The position numbers and the translations under genes are program-made. A stretch of 64,000 bases of DNA, from the NCBI GenBank assembly GCA_951406725.2, contig OX597834.1, positions 45,260,001 through 45,324,000 on the forward strand, read 5' to 3'. Positions 44,249 through 57,980 of the stretch are shown here, piece after piece. The stretch's first letter is position 1, and each line of letters starts with the position of its first letter. This stretch comes from Octopus vulgaris (Eukaryota). A model generated the notes under the pieces. That model searched no databases. It saw only the letters and a list, made by a program, of their open reading frames with translations, and was not told the origin of the DNA.

Positions 44249-44935
44249 CTTCAGCATATAAAATATGCGACCGAAACCCTCCTATGTGTTTGCATCTTTA
44301 TAAGGCTTCGAAGAACAAACGGACAGTCTGCATTGAAGCACATCCTGATGGTAGCTAGACAAAGCCCTAAAATATTAGCTTTATGCTAACATCATTGTCA
44401 CTGGTCAAATTTCGTTTGCTGTACTATAATTATAGGAGGTTGTTCCGCAGCACTCACACACACAAACAACACACACGAACACACACACACACTCACATAC
44501 ATACGTGCAGAAATACTTATATCCATGCGTGCATATACATACACGCACACACGTATACATATATATATCAAAAGATGAGTGGGTTATTTAGAACTGTGAT
44601 GATCGATTCATTGAGAATCTTTATTACGTAAACATGGTGCAGTCAGGTAATCAGAGGGCAGAATATGCATAAGTTTATATGACACTTTACGCCACACACA
44701 CAACTCATCAGGCTTCAAGAATATACTGGCAAGCACTGACATGTTTCATTAATCTACAATTAAAAAAGGGAAATATCAACTCAGAAATATAAAGCGGGGT
44801 GAACAATAATTTCCAAGTGACGAAGATCCATAACAGACTGAAACCAAAATAGTCAACAGTTCCTTTTCCCTACCTACATCGGTGGGGAACACGAACACGT
44901 ACTGAAATTTACATCTGATACACGCGCGTGCGCAC

Positions 44936-45001
<66 letters not shown>

Positions 45002-45044
45002 TATCTATATATATCTACACACACACACATACCTATATATATAT

Positions 45045-45720
45045 TTCGTTTTTAGATTTGGTTTGCAAGATTCTTTATATGAGTTCGTGTGTTGAAGCAT
45101 ATTCTGTTGTGTCTGGGGTGAGTCATTTTCTTTTTGTGCCTTATAATGTAACACACTCACCAGTAAAATTTCCACTTATCGCTCATTTTTATTGTCCTAA
45201 ATTTTCATTGCATCTTGCATCCTTTTCAATAGTCTTGATTCTGCCCGTTATTTACATTGTTTGTTTCTGCGCATGTCTGAGTGATGGGTCTTTTGGGTGC
45301 TTGGATAAGATGCGCATGCCAAGTTGACCCAAGTTACCTCCATGGTGGTCTTTTTCAACATATTGTATATAAAGCGTGATGAGTCGCAGCGGTAACTAGC
45401 CGGTGGAAAATCTGCCTGGGGTTAAATTAATTGTAACATTCAACAGCTAATTTGATGGGGTGAGTGGCTTTAGCATTACCTACCCCCTTTCTTTAGTCAA
45501 AGAAACACGCATTATATATTTGTACTCACCTCCCTTACACTTAATCTTTTTAGTGAGGGACTAGCAGACCTGACACCGTTCACGCATTATATATTTGTTC
45601 TTCACTTCAACGTTTTACCGTTTTTCTCCCTTTTATTACCTTTCTTATTATATCTTTTGTCCATTATTCAGAGATCTTTCGTCACACATCTCTGACCCCT
45701 TCAGCGACGTATTCCTCCCA
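45045..45720 (-). mobile_element. Probable PLE-derived repeat with degenerate minimal hammerhead at 45668-45707
   Basis: Minus strand tcg-CTGAAGG-ggtca..tgac-GAAA-gatc-TC-tga; internal 18-bp direct repeat cacgcattatatatttgt; abuts (TA)n. Confidence 0.5.
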
Positions 45721-46542
45721 CCTTTCAGACTGAGCAAGTAGATATACGTACAGTGGACAAAACATAAAATAAGAACAGTAGTAAACTAGTTGATATATAG
45801 TGCGTGTGTTTATTTGGCAAAAGAAAAAAAAGTGGCCTTACCGATATATATCAATATCAGAACACGGTTTCACATCAAGAATCTAGCACAACAAATTCAT
45901 AAACGTAATCAGTAAGTTCTCCTCCAGACTTATAAATCAAAACCAAGATACGATTAGTTGTGATGGAATGGCCAATTAAAAAGTGTTTACACTCATCAAC
46001 TATTTATATATAAATAAAAAAGAAATATACAGTAGAGATATTAGTCTGTAGAAATAACGGTGTATCGATTATAATTTATGTGTTATGGTAAAGTTGTCAT
46101 TAACAGTGCTAATTTTATTGAGATGAGAAACTCTAAGCGATTTGTTTTGCATCTTAGTGCGGAAGATTTATCACTGTGTTCATAGTTAACTGAGAGACGT
46201 GGACAACTTGGGGCGGCCATTTAATTAATCGGTTACTTAATAATAACATGGTGGAGAAATAGCAACGAGTTTTGTGCTGGATTCAGACAAAGATCTTTGG
46301 TAAATCTGCTTCTGTATAAGAACAGGCTCTCCCACCCATCTCTTTTTTCCTCTTTCTCTCTCTCTCTCTCTCTTTCTATTTCTTTTTCTTTCTCTTTGTT
46401 TCTCTTTCTCTCTCTTTCTTCCTTTCTCTCTCTCTCTCTCACTCTTTGCGTCACACACACAGGCACGCACAGTCATACACACGCATAAGCAAAAAACAAC
46501 GTGTGCATATGTGTGTAAGTGTGTGATTGTGCGTCTGAATAC

Positions 46543-46585
<43 letters not shown>

Positions 46586-46693
46586 CACACCTGTACGTAT
46601 GTACGTACACTCATAGATAAATACATACATGCGTACGAACGTACGTACGTACATGCATACATACATACACACATACATACATACACACACAGA

Positions 46694-46726
<33 letters not shown>

Positions 46727-46993
46727 GTAAGCAGTATAAAAATTGCAAACATTTTTCGCCAACATTCATTAAGAAAAACAATGATTTATTAAAACTCTGT
46801 CGATGTTTAAATTATCCATTTTATTCTAAAAACATGCATTCAAACGCCATAATCGGATTAATACCATAGCCGGAAGATATATTTGTTATGGCCGGCAAGC
46901 CATTATTTATGATGGCTAGCAGAGTCTGCTTAGTTGTGTGGTTAATGCTATCGACTTCGCAATCGCGTAGTACTAAGTTGTAACTCATAACAC

Positions 46994-47257
46994 GGCGAGC
47001 TGGCAGAAGCGTTAGCACACCGGACGAAATGCTTAGCAGTATTTCGTCTGCCGCTACGTTCTGAGTTCAAATTCCGCCTAGGTCGACTTTGCCTTTCATC
47101 CTTTTGGGGTCGATCAAATAAGTACCAGTTACGCACTGGGGTCGATATAATCGACTTAATCCATTTGTCTGGCCTTGTTTGTCCTCCCTGTGTTTAGCAC
47201 CTTGTAGGTAGTAAAGAAACAGTTATTTCGTCTGCTGCTACGTTCTGAGTTCAAATT
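46994..47257 (+). mobile_element. Young Meta-domain-like tRNA SINE plus start of a tandem second unit
   Basis: Head ggcgagctggcagaa..gagttcaaattc; core ggtcgactttgcctttcatccttttggggtcgat..aagtaccag resembles the MetaSINE/MESC domain; near-identical to the reverse complement of 63270-63503. Confidence 0.9.
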
Positions 47258-48119
47258 TTCTATTGGGGCCATATATTATTAGGAGCTTGTCTACATTACA
47301 TGACCAATCCAATAGAGACAACTATCCAGTCTGCATCCACAATCAATCCATGAAGCTCGAGACCTTAGAGCTCATAATTATCGTCGTAATTAGCATCCCA
47401 AATAGCATCCTAATTTCGTTTACTAATTAGCATCCTACAATTCAATTTGCGTGCTTTGGATGAGCATGCTGCACGTGAACAGAGCCCACTGCACGGAAGT
47501 TAGTTTGGCCTTCGTTTGTGAAGTATATATAGACATCTGACGAAAACTTATTGCAGGGCCACTTCACGAAATCGTAGTGTTTCAAACGATGTTTCATTCC
47601 TCCTCCGTTTAGTGGCTTGCTGCATTCCTTTTCAGAGCCATCTATCATTTCTTTCTTTAGGCTATAAATTCATTCAGGTCCTCTTAAGTAATTGAAATGC
47701 ACTTCATCCTTGCTATTGTTATCCAGGTCACACTCTTCTGTTCCAGGGCAGTGTGACCTGGCTCACTTATAAGCTGACACATGGACGCTACTATAAAACC
47801 TCCGTGCTTCATATTCCACTACTTTTACTAGGTAATGGTACCAGCTTTTTGTTAGTTCTTTCACAGGGAAATCCGTACTTCCACATATCCAATGGGTTTC
47901 GGTAATTGCCTTCCCTCTCAAAAGAGAGTGTCAAATACAGCCACGACACATCAATCCTTTGTCCGCTGGGAGCTATTCAGATCACACTCCCCTGTTCCAA
48001 AAAAAGCGGCTACTCCAGAGACCTTGCTCTTCTAAACCGGTGAATCAATATAGCTATTATTGAGTCACTAATTAGTGTGTATGTATGTATATAAGCATGC
48101 ATGTATGTTTGCATGTATG

Positions 48120-48277
48120 TACGTCGCCTTTTTTCCTCTCCTTGTTTTTTTTTTTTCTGTATCCCTTTCTGTAGAAGAACGTAGGCTCGAAACGTAAAAG
48201 ACTTTTTCTATTTCTGAGCGTTATACTAATACATCTGTTTGTTTTGTACACCACCTGCCCTCGTCTTTTGTTTTTTT

Positions 48278-48280
<3 letters not shown>
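48120..48280 (+). mobile_element. Repeat with variant hammerhead-like core; homolog of 28040-28233
   Basis: cttt-CTGTAGA-a-gaacgtaggctc-GAAAC-GTA-aaag; ends in (TA)n. Confidence 0.7.
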
Positions 48281-48314
<34 letters not shown>

Positions 48315-48748
48315 AAGTGTGAGTATGCATGTATATCTGTGGGTACGTATTTATGTATGTACGGTTTGCTATGCCCGCTTGATTGATGAAAACGGAGTGG
48401 TGCCGTGGAAACATTTACCGGACTTCAGAACATTTTATCTTACTGGAACCAATTTTATTTCGGCACTCACGGTAATCAATGATTTTTGGAGGTGAGAAAA
48501 CGTTAGAGAAAAAGGAAATTCTATCCCATTCCAGAATTGGTACTTCATATATCAATCCCGAAAGGATGAAATACAAATTTGATCTCAGAAGCATGTGAAC
48601 ATAGATCTCAGAGAATCAGAACGAAAATTATTAAGGTAACGCAATCTATACGAAGTTTTCACGATTCTAAAGACTGATCACGAAACATATATACACGCGT
48701 ACATATACGCACACAGGGTCCACACGTGGTTACCTATTTATCTATCTG

Positions 48749-48817
<69 letters not shown>

Positions 48818-49545
48818 TTATCTATCTATATATCTATCTATCTATCTATCTATTTATCTTTCTCTCTAGCGAGAGAGCTAGATTTCTTTCTCTCTCTCTC
48901 ATTCTCTCTCTCTACGTATGTATATATATATGTATATATATATATATATATATATAGAATATATTGCATATTATATAAGTGTACACGCGTGTGTGTGTAT
49001 ATATATATATATATGCATATAAAAGAGTAATGTATATTTATGTATTAAGGGGACAAATATCGTTTACCTATACCACATGTGTTTTATTTCTATAAGCAGT
49101 GTATATAATAATATAAGAGATTTCAATAAAAATACGAACATCTACAAGTGTTTGAACATTAAGGTGTATTAAGTCGACCATTATATTCTATGGAGAGATA
49201 GTAAAATATGATAGAATTTAAAATACTGGCAGTTGACAGGATATTGAAATAATACTTTATCTCATTTCGTATTCTTCATAATAGATTGAGGGAGAGTGAG
49301 AGATGGGGAGAGGAAGAGGAAAAGAGAGAGACGGAGATAGATTTTGCTGAAATATCTTGTGACTCTTTAGAAAAAATATTCGTTTTTTCTTTTTTAGATA
49401 AAACTTCAATTTATTCAAGTTCTTTTGTACTTTAATCTTTTAAAATTGAAATAAAAATGTCTTTTAAAAACCTCCATTTATATTTATATATATGGAGAAA
49501 AAATATACAAAACAAAATACTCCAATCAAAAAAGAGTAAGCTGCA

Positions 49546-49605
<60 letters not shown>

Positions 49606-49880
49606 GCAATTTTCTAAAGATTTTTTCTGATATTAAAATAAGTCTTTGGGCAAACTTTTCTAATGGAGAATTAAAATAATATAAATTGAAATCAAGATAA
49701 TGCACACACATGCGCAAAAGTGTGAATAGATGTGTATATATGTTAATTGTTGTTGTTTTATTTTCTCTATGGTATATGCATAATCTTTCATCGAAAAGTA
49801 CAGGTGATCATCGGAGTAATGTAGTCAGGACCTACAATGATTTCTCTACTACCTCATTGTCTTTTTCCTGATTATAAACC

Positions 49881-50090
49881 CTTCTGCTATAGACTCAAGG
49901 CCTGGAATTTTGTGGGGAGAGAGGCTAGTCGTTAAGATCGACCCTAGTACGCAACTGGTACTTAATTTATGGAGTCCGAAACGATGAAAGGCACAGTCGA
50001 CCTCGGCGGAATTTGAACTTAAAACGTAAAGATAGATGAAATAACGTGAAACATTTCGGCCGGCGAGCTATCGATTCTGCCAGCTCACGC
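49881..50090 (-). mobile_element. Meta-domain-like SINE copy
   Basis: gtcgacctcggcggaatttgaact...gattctgccagctc. Confidence 0.85.
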
Positions 50091-50342
50091 TTTTACATGC
50101 TTATAATGTACATTCTAAGCTTGCAGTACATCAGTGTAAGTTTTTCATACAAATCCTTTTAGAAACCTTTTCTTTTACCCCAGCATTCATAAAATCGGTT
50201 ATTCCATTTTCATAAGAAATAATTGAATGAGATCACAACATTCTCCCTGAATACGACGCTTGTCTTTAGCAGCGTTTAAAACCAGCAATTTATGCATATC
50301 ACATGTATTTAGGTATGTTTCTCTGAGTTTCTCCTCGTCGCC

Positions 50343-50495
50343 CTCGCCTGACAACCGATGCTTGACCCCCGTAACATAGCAGGTCGGGAAAAGAGGACAA
50401 TGGAATAAGCACTGGGAGTTATTTCTTCGACGGAATCTCTCTAAGGTAGGGTTACACCATGGCCGCAGTCAAATGACTGCAACAAGTAAAGGAAT
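50343..50495 (+). mobile_element. 3' half of CORE-type SINE
   Basis: accgatgct..cccgtaac..ggccgcagtcaaatgactgcaacaagtaaa matches 22140-22310. Confidence 0.8.
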
Positions 50496-50707
50496 GCGTA
50501 ATATTATAATCAAATGTCCAGGCAGTGTACAGACTCACGTTACGTGGTTACAAGGAGTATAATAATACCTGTATAATATCAAAACACCTTTTGCCATTGA
50601 AATTGTCAAGAAGACAGTGAAGCTAGGCCTAGTTCGATCACAAAACGAAATGAACAATGAACAAATACCAACATTTCTGTCATTCCACACAGTACTTACA
50701 TTGTCAT

Positions 50708-50760
<53 letters not shown>

Positions 50761-51448
50761 ATGCGAGATTATCACAGAAAGAAGGTGAGAGTGAGAAAGT
50801 AAAACGGAGAGATAGACAGCTAAAGTCAGATACAGAAACAGGGGAAAGAGACAGAGAGAGAGAGGAAGGGATGGAGAAAATAGAGAGGAAAAGATAGATA
50901 GGGAGAGAGAGTGAGAGAGTGTGTATCTGTGTGAATATCAATATTCATCCACGATACAAGTACATATCCTACATAAAATATATAGAAATTTTAGATAATT
51001 AAATGCTCCTAAATGGAACCTTTCTCCGTTAATAACTTCCCTAATATGATGTTGATACAACTTCATATACTCTTTGTTACTTTCTGGACCCCAATTCCGG
51101 TCACCGCTGGGTGTTCTCTATCAATTATTTCATATTTTTCTGCTTTGATTTGTTTCTTTTCAATATCAGGTCACCTACTGTTCACCTTTAGGATGTGCAT
51201 GGTAATGTTGTTGCTGTTCTCTTTGTTATTGGTGATAAGATCTTTCTTTAACCTGACTGAAACGATCCATGCAGAGATACGTTCCATATACATTATGCCT
51301 CTCTTATATAGCAACTACATATTTTATAGAATATATTTATATTAACTAGGGTTGTATGTCATGAGTTTAAACTTTCATGCGCATGAGATCATCCATGCAA
51401 TGACACTCCAAGTACGAGACAAGGAATTCAACTTACATTGTCTGTCTG

Positions 51449-51479
<31 letters not shown>

Positions 51480-51488
51480 GTCTATCTG

Positions 51489-51571
<83 letters not shown>

Positions 51572-51894
51572 CCATGTGTGTGTGTGTGGTTGCGTGTGTA
51601 AACAAGGGAGTCGAAACATTAAAGATAAAAGCAATCAATACATTTTATAAGCGTTGTGTGTATTATCATTTGATAATCGAATTCCTTCAACTAAGTCTGA
51701 AAGAGAAGAATTTTTAATAGAAGCTCGCGAAACTTTAATTTGCAGGGAGCCGAATCAGATTGTTTTAAATAATAACAATACTGATAATCATAATAATAAT
51801 AAAATAATAATAACAACATTAACAAGAACAACAATAACAATAATAATAATAATATCCTCTTATATATGGAATCTCCTCTTATATATAGAATATC

Positions 51895-52330
51895 CTCTTA
51901 TATATGGATGACCTAAACCTGTACGCTACAAATGATAAACAGCTGGAAACATTACTACAGACAGTAGGTGAATTTACCAAAGAAATAAACATGAAATTCG
52001 GCTTCGAGAATTGTGCCAAAGCAACATTGAAAAGAGGAAAACTAGTTAAGAGTAGCAACATCGTGTTAGATAAAGCAAATGAAATAAGAGAATTAGGCGA
52101 ACGCCAGACATACAAATATTTAGGACTCAATGAACTAGATACGATACAACACACACAAATGAAAGAGAAAATAAAGAATGAATATTATAAACGAGTTAGA
52201 TCAATACTGAAAACATAACACAATGCGAAAAACAAGATAATAGGTATCAACACTTTACCGTCCCAGTTATAAGTTACAGCTACAATATCCTTAACTGGAT
52301 ACTAAATGAACTAATCAAAATAGACAAAAG
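51895..52330 (+). pseudogene. Non-LTR retrotransposon RT fragment, R4/Dong-like
   Basis: LLYMDDLNLY...MKFGFENCA...YKYLG...EYYKRVRSILKT*HNAKNKIIGINTL; YxDD motif plus thumb region; contains a stop and a frameshift; preceded by (AAT)n. Confidence 0.9.
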
Positions 52331-52809
52331 ATCGAAGACTGCATATATGTATATAAAATAATGGATGTGTTAATATGTATAGCATCACAAAGATTTTCTA
52401 TTATTCGTTTAGCGAAATATATTACATTTTCATATATATATCCTCTTAATCATTAGAGAAAATCTGTTTATCGTGCGCACTATGTTTTTATTGTGCATAC
52501 GAATCTATCACGTACAACGTCTATTTTTCTCTTTGTAAACATTGCTGCAGTTTCAATGCCCCACTATTGTGCCTATGTTTAGCACTGATTTGACAATACG
52601 TGCTAAAATGTTTGGCTTGTTCTTGAAATCCTGAAGTGGTTGAAAATTTGCAGATGACGAAAACATTTGCATCACTAACCGCCAACCAACGAAAGAGAAT
52701 CTGTTTAAAATCCCAAGCGATGAGTAAGATCTCGGTAAAATTTATCCGCAAAGATAGCAACGAACCGATCTGCTATATCTCTCCGTGTTCGTTGCACGCG
52801 TGTCTACAT

Positions 52810-53420
52810 TGTAATTTCCTTATTTGCCATTTCTAATCTATTCATTTCGAGAATATTTCCGTCTTCCATTATTTAAATTCCTATCCTTTTATCCCGAATT
52901 ATCTGCTAATCTTTAGTAACAATTCAAAGTTATCCATAAAGTCATGAAGAGGGTTGGTGGCTGTCTTCATATGTGATTTATTTTATACAGGATAAATTTA
53001 ATAGCATATCCAAGCCTAAGAAATCTTAATAACACTGTTAAAAGTAATATGTATATCAGAAAAAATTCGAATACCTCAAGCTATCAGTTGATGAAATATT
53101 CCTCTATCAAGCGCAATAGGTTCAACGTAGACGTCAGCGAGACTTAATTTGGTTTCTCTTATACAATCTAATCAAATTTCTTATATTCTTCCCTACCACT
53201 ATCAAATCTGAAGGCGTTCCATTACTCCAGAATGAGAAATCGTGTCACAGGCCTTTTTGTAATCGATGTATGCCATTGCAAGACTCCTGTGTCGATTTTG
53301 CAGCATTCCTGGAAACTTAATTTATCTACCAAGTAATTGGATCACAGAAATCCTATACACTTGCTGACCACCCACTCTCTTCTGGCTTCCTTTCTGCTCT
53401 GCTATCAATATGTGTTGGCT
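52810..53420 (-). pseudogene. Older, heavily degraded R4/Dong-like RT fragment, not in the ORF track
   Basis: Minus strand shows, in the correct order across frameshifts: EQKG; RHRSLAMAYIDYKKACDTISHSGVMERLQI; RGIFH..DSL; LHDFMDNFEL (FMDDLKL-like). Confidence 0.8.
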
Positions 53421-53591
53421 ATAAATCCATTTACCAATCTATATATCCATCTATCTATCTACCTGTGAGTCTGCCTGACTTTCAGTCTGTTTGTCTGTCT
53501 ATCGCTGTCTCTATGTCTCTCTGTCTCTCTGTCTGTCTCTCTCTGTCTCTCTCTCTCTCTCTCACACACACAAACAATATATATAAACACA

Positions 53592-53643
<52 letters not shown>

Positions 53644-53914
53644 TAGACAGATAGATAGAGAGAGAGAAAGAAAAAAGAAAGAGAGGAAGAGATACATAAA
53701 GCCATGTATAATATGTATAGAATATATATATATATATATATACTTGCCACAAGTATATAATTGTATATGTGTGTGTGTATTATCTTACACACACACGCAA
53801 CCACAGATACACACAGTCCTGTACATAGATGTATGTATATATGCATATATTTATATATCATTTATAAATATATTATTATATGATCGAACGGCACACATCT
53901 TTTCCAAGTAAGAT

Positions 53915-53986
<72 letters not shown>

Positions 53987-54486
53987 ATATCTATCTATAT
54001 ATATATATATATATATACCTATATGAATGCGTGTGTGCCCATAGATGCATTCTATTGCCTACAAAATGCGTCTGAATATGATGCACCATATTAACTTATT
54101 AAAAGGACACGCGAATCGTGTCTACAAATTGTCATTTGTATTACTTCAATGAAGAACTGTACATCGAAGCAGACTAACGCATCATACTTTTACATACTCC
54201 ATCTTACCTTCTATTCTGCGAAACGTCTTTTGTTCCTTAGGGTATCATTCAATTCTTCATTTATTCCTTATATATAAAGAAGCCATTAGATTTTTAAGCA
54301 ATAATTTTACGATAGATAACGTTCTGCTGTGATAGATTACTGCGGTTAACCTTTATCAACCGCATACTATTATCACATAGACGTTTCGGTTCCAATTGCG
54401 AGTGATTTTCTGTTCTGTATTTCTAAGACACTTTGATATTTACTTGATAGTATTATCGCTGTTAGTCATTTTTCTGCTCTTCTTCT

Positions 54487-54533
<47 letters not shown>

Positions 54534-54536
54534 TTC

Positions 54537-54609
<73 letters not shown>

Positions 54610-55381
54610 GTCCGCTATCAATATTATTACAAAACTAGACGTAGAATGTTGCCATGAATTTTCGCTTATTTTCCAGGCCCGACTGAAGAGATATTACATA
54701 CATACGCTCATCTATATGAAAATACTTGCATTTATACATACATTCATACATACACACACACGCGCGCGCACGAGCAAGCATACAAACAGACATACATATA
54801 TCGATATATGTATATAGAGGAAATATTGCGAATGCTCAAATTAGAGATATCAAAAATATGAAATATATGAAATATATTTTATATACTATTTTATGTATCT
54901 AATTTGTTTATCCGCCTAATTGCCTCTGCATTCGCTCAACTTCATTCCTATTACAGCCTTACTTTACCTTGAGGACTGATTCTCTGGAAAGATATTGGAG
55001 TCTAAATTTGAATTTTTCGAGCATTACAAAGCGTCATGTATACGAAGAATCTCTGGATCTCATCTGCGAACTGTATACAAATATATATATATATAAACGT
55101 TGAATAATATTTCTTCCTTTACTTTGGAGGGTTCCAAAGGGCGATGTCTAAGAAAGATTCTTCATATTTTGCTGGTAGCTTACTGGCATAAGGTTTTGCG
55201 AATATGAAAATATTAAATGTATATGGTATCTTATGAGGGAGAGCGAGAGAGAGTGAGATTTGTATATATATGCATATATATATATATATATACAAATCTC
55301 TATTGTTTATCTCTGATTCTTATGTGCGTGTGTTTGTGAGTTTGCTTATTTATATATGTGTATGTGTGTTTTTGTGTATAC

Positions 55382-55440
<59 letters not shown>

Positions 55441-55584
55441 GAACACATACATGTAAAGGAGAACATAGGACACCGTTATATATTGTTGGCACAAAAGCTC
55501 ATAATCGTAGGTGAAAGGTCTACAAAGTCAATGAAGATCCTGCTATGAGACTCCAAATCTGGCAGTATTCCACACCATTTCTCC

Positions 55585-55722
55585 TCTACCAAATTCTATT
55601 CACAATGTTTAACTCGGGGCTAATTTTGAAGAGCTTAGCGCAGAATGATTCGCACTGAAGCCGAACATGGAACCACATGGTTTGCAAAGCGGGCGTCTTC
55701 AGTGCAGCGACATGCTTGCGCC
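55585..55722 (-). mobile_element. Degenerate CORE-type SINE head
   Basis: ggaaccacatggtt and atgcttgcgcc resemble the reverse complement of the SINE head. Confidence 0.55.
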
Positions 55723-56874
55723 ATTCTCCAGCTTAGTAATCTAGTGTTAGATATTTAATTGTTCAAGTCTTTACACGAATCTCATATCTTCAGTATGATT
55801 TAGATTTGCTATTTATATTTTTAATCGCTTCCGATTCCGACACACAGCTGTCTGCTCTCTCATCACCTGTTCTTTTTTTTTTTACTGTTGTTTTTCTTTT
55901 TTTGTTGTTGCTTTTCTTTTTCTTTCAGTTCTTGGTTTCCTTGCAGACACAAAACAGTTTAGTGAGTTGTGTTCATACTTTGTAGTTATTTTATAACCTG
56001 ATATTTTTTTTCCATATTACTTCAACAGATTTTTAAAAAATAATTTCCTAGCAACAAAAAGCAGATAATCTCTTCTTTTCATGTGAAACATAATCTTCCC
56101 CTGTCATCTTTTGTGTGCTATACTCTCGATCCAGTGATCAGGTCTGTCGTGTAGTCTTGCCAATTTACTTCGTTTCCAGGGAAAAAAATATTGCAGTTAT
56201 AAATTACTTCATTGCGACATCTTTATTTAGACAGGGACTGCTTAGCTGTCTTTTAAGTATTAACCTTAGGTCTTTAAATTATTGCATCTCAACACTTTTT
56301 ATCCATGTGTCTTTTGTAAACAGCCCATTCATTCCTATCTAAGTATTTGTATGTCTGTGTTTGGTTAGTCTTATCTCTATCAAACACGATATGAATGTCG
56401 TTTCTATTAAATATATTTAATGTTTTCTTCGCAATTAATATGGCGACAGCATTGATTACAAGATTTTGCCTGGTGATAAAGATGTTCGAATATATTTTAT
56501 TAAATGTACGAAGGCTAAATATGTGATTAAAAAAAAAGATTAGTGATGTTCTTTTGCTTTTTTATTTATTTATTCATTTAGTTTTGTATTATATTTAATA
56601 ATCTTGAACATTTCTCTTTGGATCAATTTTTCGTTTGCCCAAAATATGATCTTGTAACGATTTTAAGTTTTAATTATGACCACCTTGCGATTATTATCAA
56701 GGTGAGTAGCAACTTCCTCAGACTTTTCTATTCAAAAGTATTATTCTTGTTAATATAAATTCAATCTTTCGTATTTATATTTTACTTTCGACGTTCATTG
56801 TTATCTCCCGTTTATTAATATGTATTGGCAAAATATGCAGCGTAAAGTGCGTTCAATATCGTAATCAATCGATA

Positions 56875-56956
56875 TATATATATATGTGTGTCTACGTATA
56901 TACCTTTGTATGTATGTGTGTATGCAAGTATATATATATATATATATATATATGTC

Positions 56957-56996
<40 letters not shown>

Positions 56997-57050
56997 TACA
57001 TATATATATATATATATATGTCTACATATATATATATATATATATATGTC

Positions 57051-57084
<34 letters not shown>

Positions 57085-57135
57085 TACATATATATAAACA
57101 TATATATATGTATATATATATTTATATATATATAT

Positions 57136-57178
<43 letters not shown>

Positions 57179-57210
57179 TACGTATATACCTTTGTATGTG
57201 TGTATGCAAG

Positions 57211-57240
<30 letters not shown>
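56875..57240. repeat. (TA)n-tgtctaca minisatellite bounded by a duplicated ~40-bp unit
   Basis: tgtctacgtatatacctttgtatgt..gtatgcaag occurs at ~56889 and ~57175. Confidence 0.9.
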
Positions 57241-57242
<2 letters not shown>

Positions 57243-57310
57243 GGTCCCGGGTTGAGTCGGGGTTAACCACAGTAAATAAGGTACTCAATACATAGCAGAG
57301 TAAATTAATT

Positions 57311-57429
57311 TATTTTATAGAATGAGCTTCTACAGGACTAGAACTGTTTCATTCAAAAGAAATCATCAGGAAGCTCCTGATGATTTCTTTTGAATAAAAC
57401 AGTTCTAGTCCTGTAGAAGCTCTTTCTAT

Positions 57430-57435
<6 letters not shown>
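57311..57435. repeat. 125-bp palindrome (61-bp arms, 3-nt spacer, 2 mismatches)
   Basis: 57311-57371 is the reverse complement of 57375-57435. Confidence 0.97.
57324..57376 (-). ncRNA. Type I hammerhead ribozyme
   Basis: gagcttc-CTGATGA-tttcttttgaat-GAAAC-ag-ttctagtc-ct-GTA-gaagctc; 7-bp stem I, 4-bp stem III, U-U at the base of stem II. Confidence 0.8.
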
Positions 57436-57481
<46 letters not shown>

Positions 57482-57917
57482 GGTGAGAGAGTTAGTGTGT
57501 GAAAGCACGTGGTTGGATGTATACAAAATTAAAAAAAGAGTGAATAAACTACAGGGGGCTTGTGTTATAAGGTTAAAGAATATATTTCAGTCGCTTTGTT
57601 AGAAAAATGTTATAAACTTTTGTGTATAGTAACATAGTTTTGGGAGAAATAACCGGTTTCGTATTTTCTTTTTAAATTTCTTTACCTACATCGTGTCATG
57701 ACTTCGCTATGAAGTGAAGAGTTCCACGCAGGGGAAGGTAATCAGGGATTTCTTCCGGTATAAGGGAGATAATCGCTTAACATTCTTCATTGTATAATTA
57801 AACAAGGAAACATTCTTCATTGAAAAATATAAAGCAAAACTTAACCATTCCTAACATTTTTAAACAAGGAAACTCATCTCATTGAAAAAAATATAAAGCG
57901 ATAGGTAGATAGGTAGG

Positions 57918-57980
<63 letters not shown>

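Noticed and set aside
56875-57240. CRISPR-like repeat/spacer pattern
   Set aside because: The spacers are (TA)n, the context is eukaryotic and there are no cas genes.
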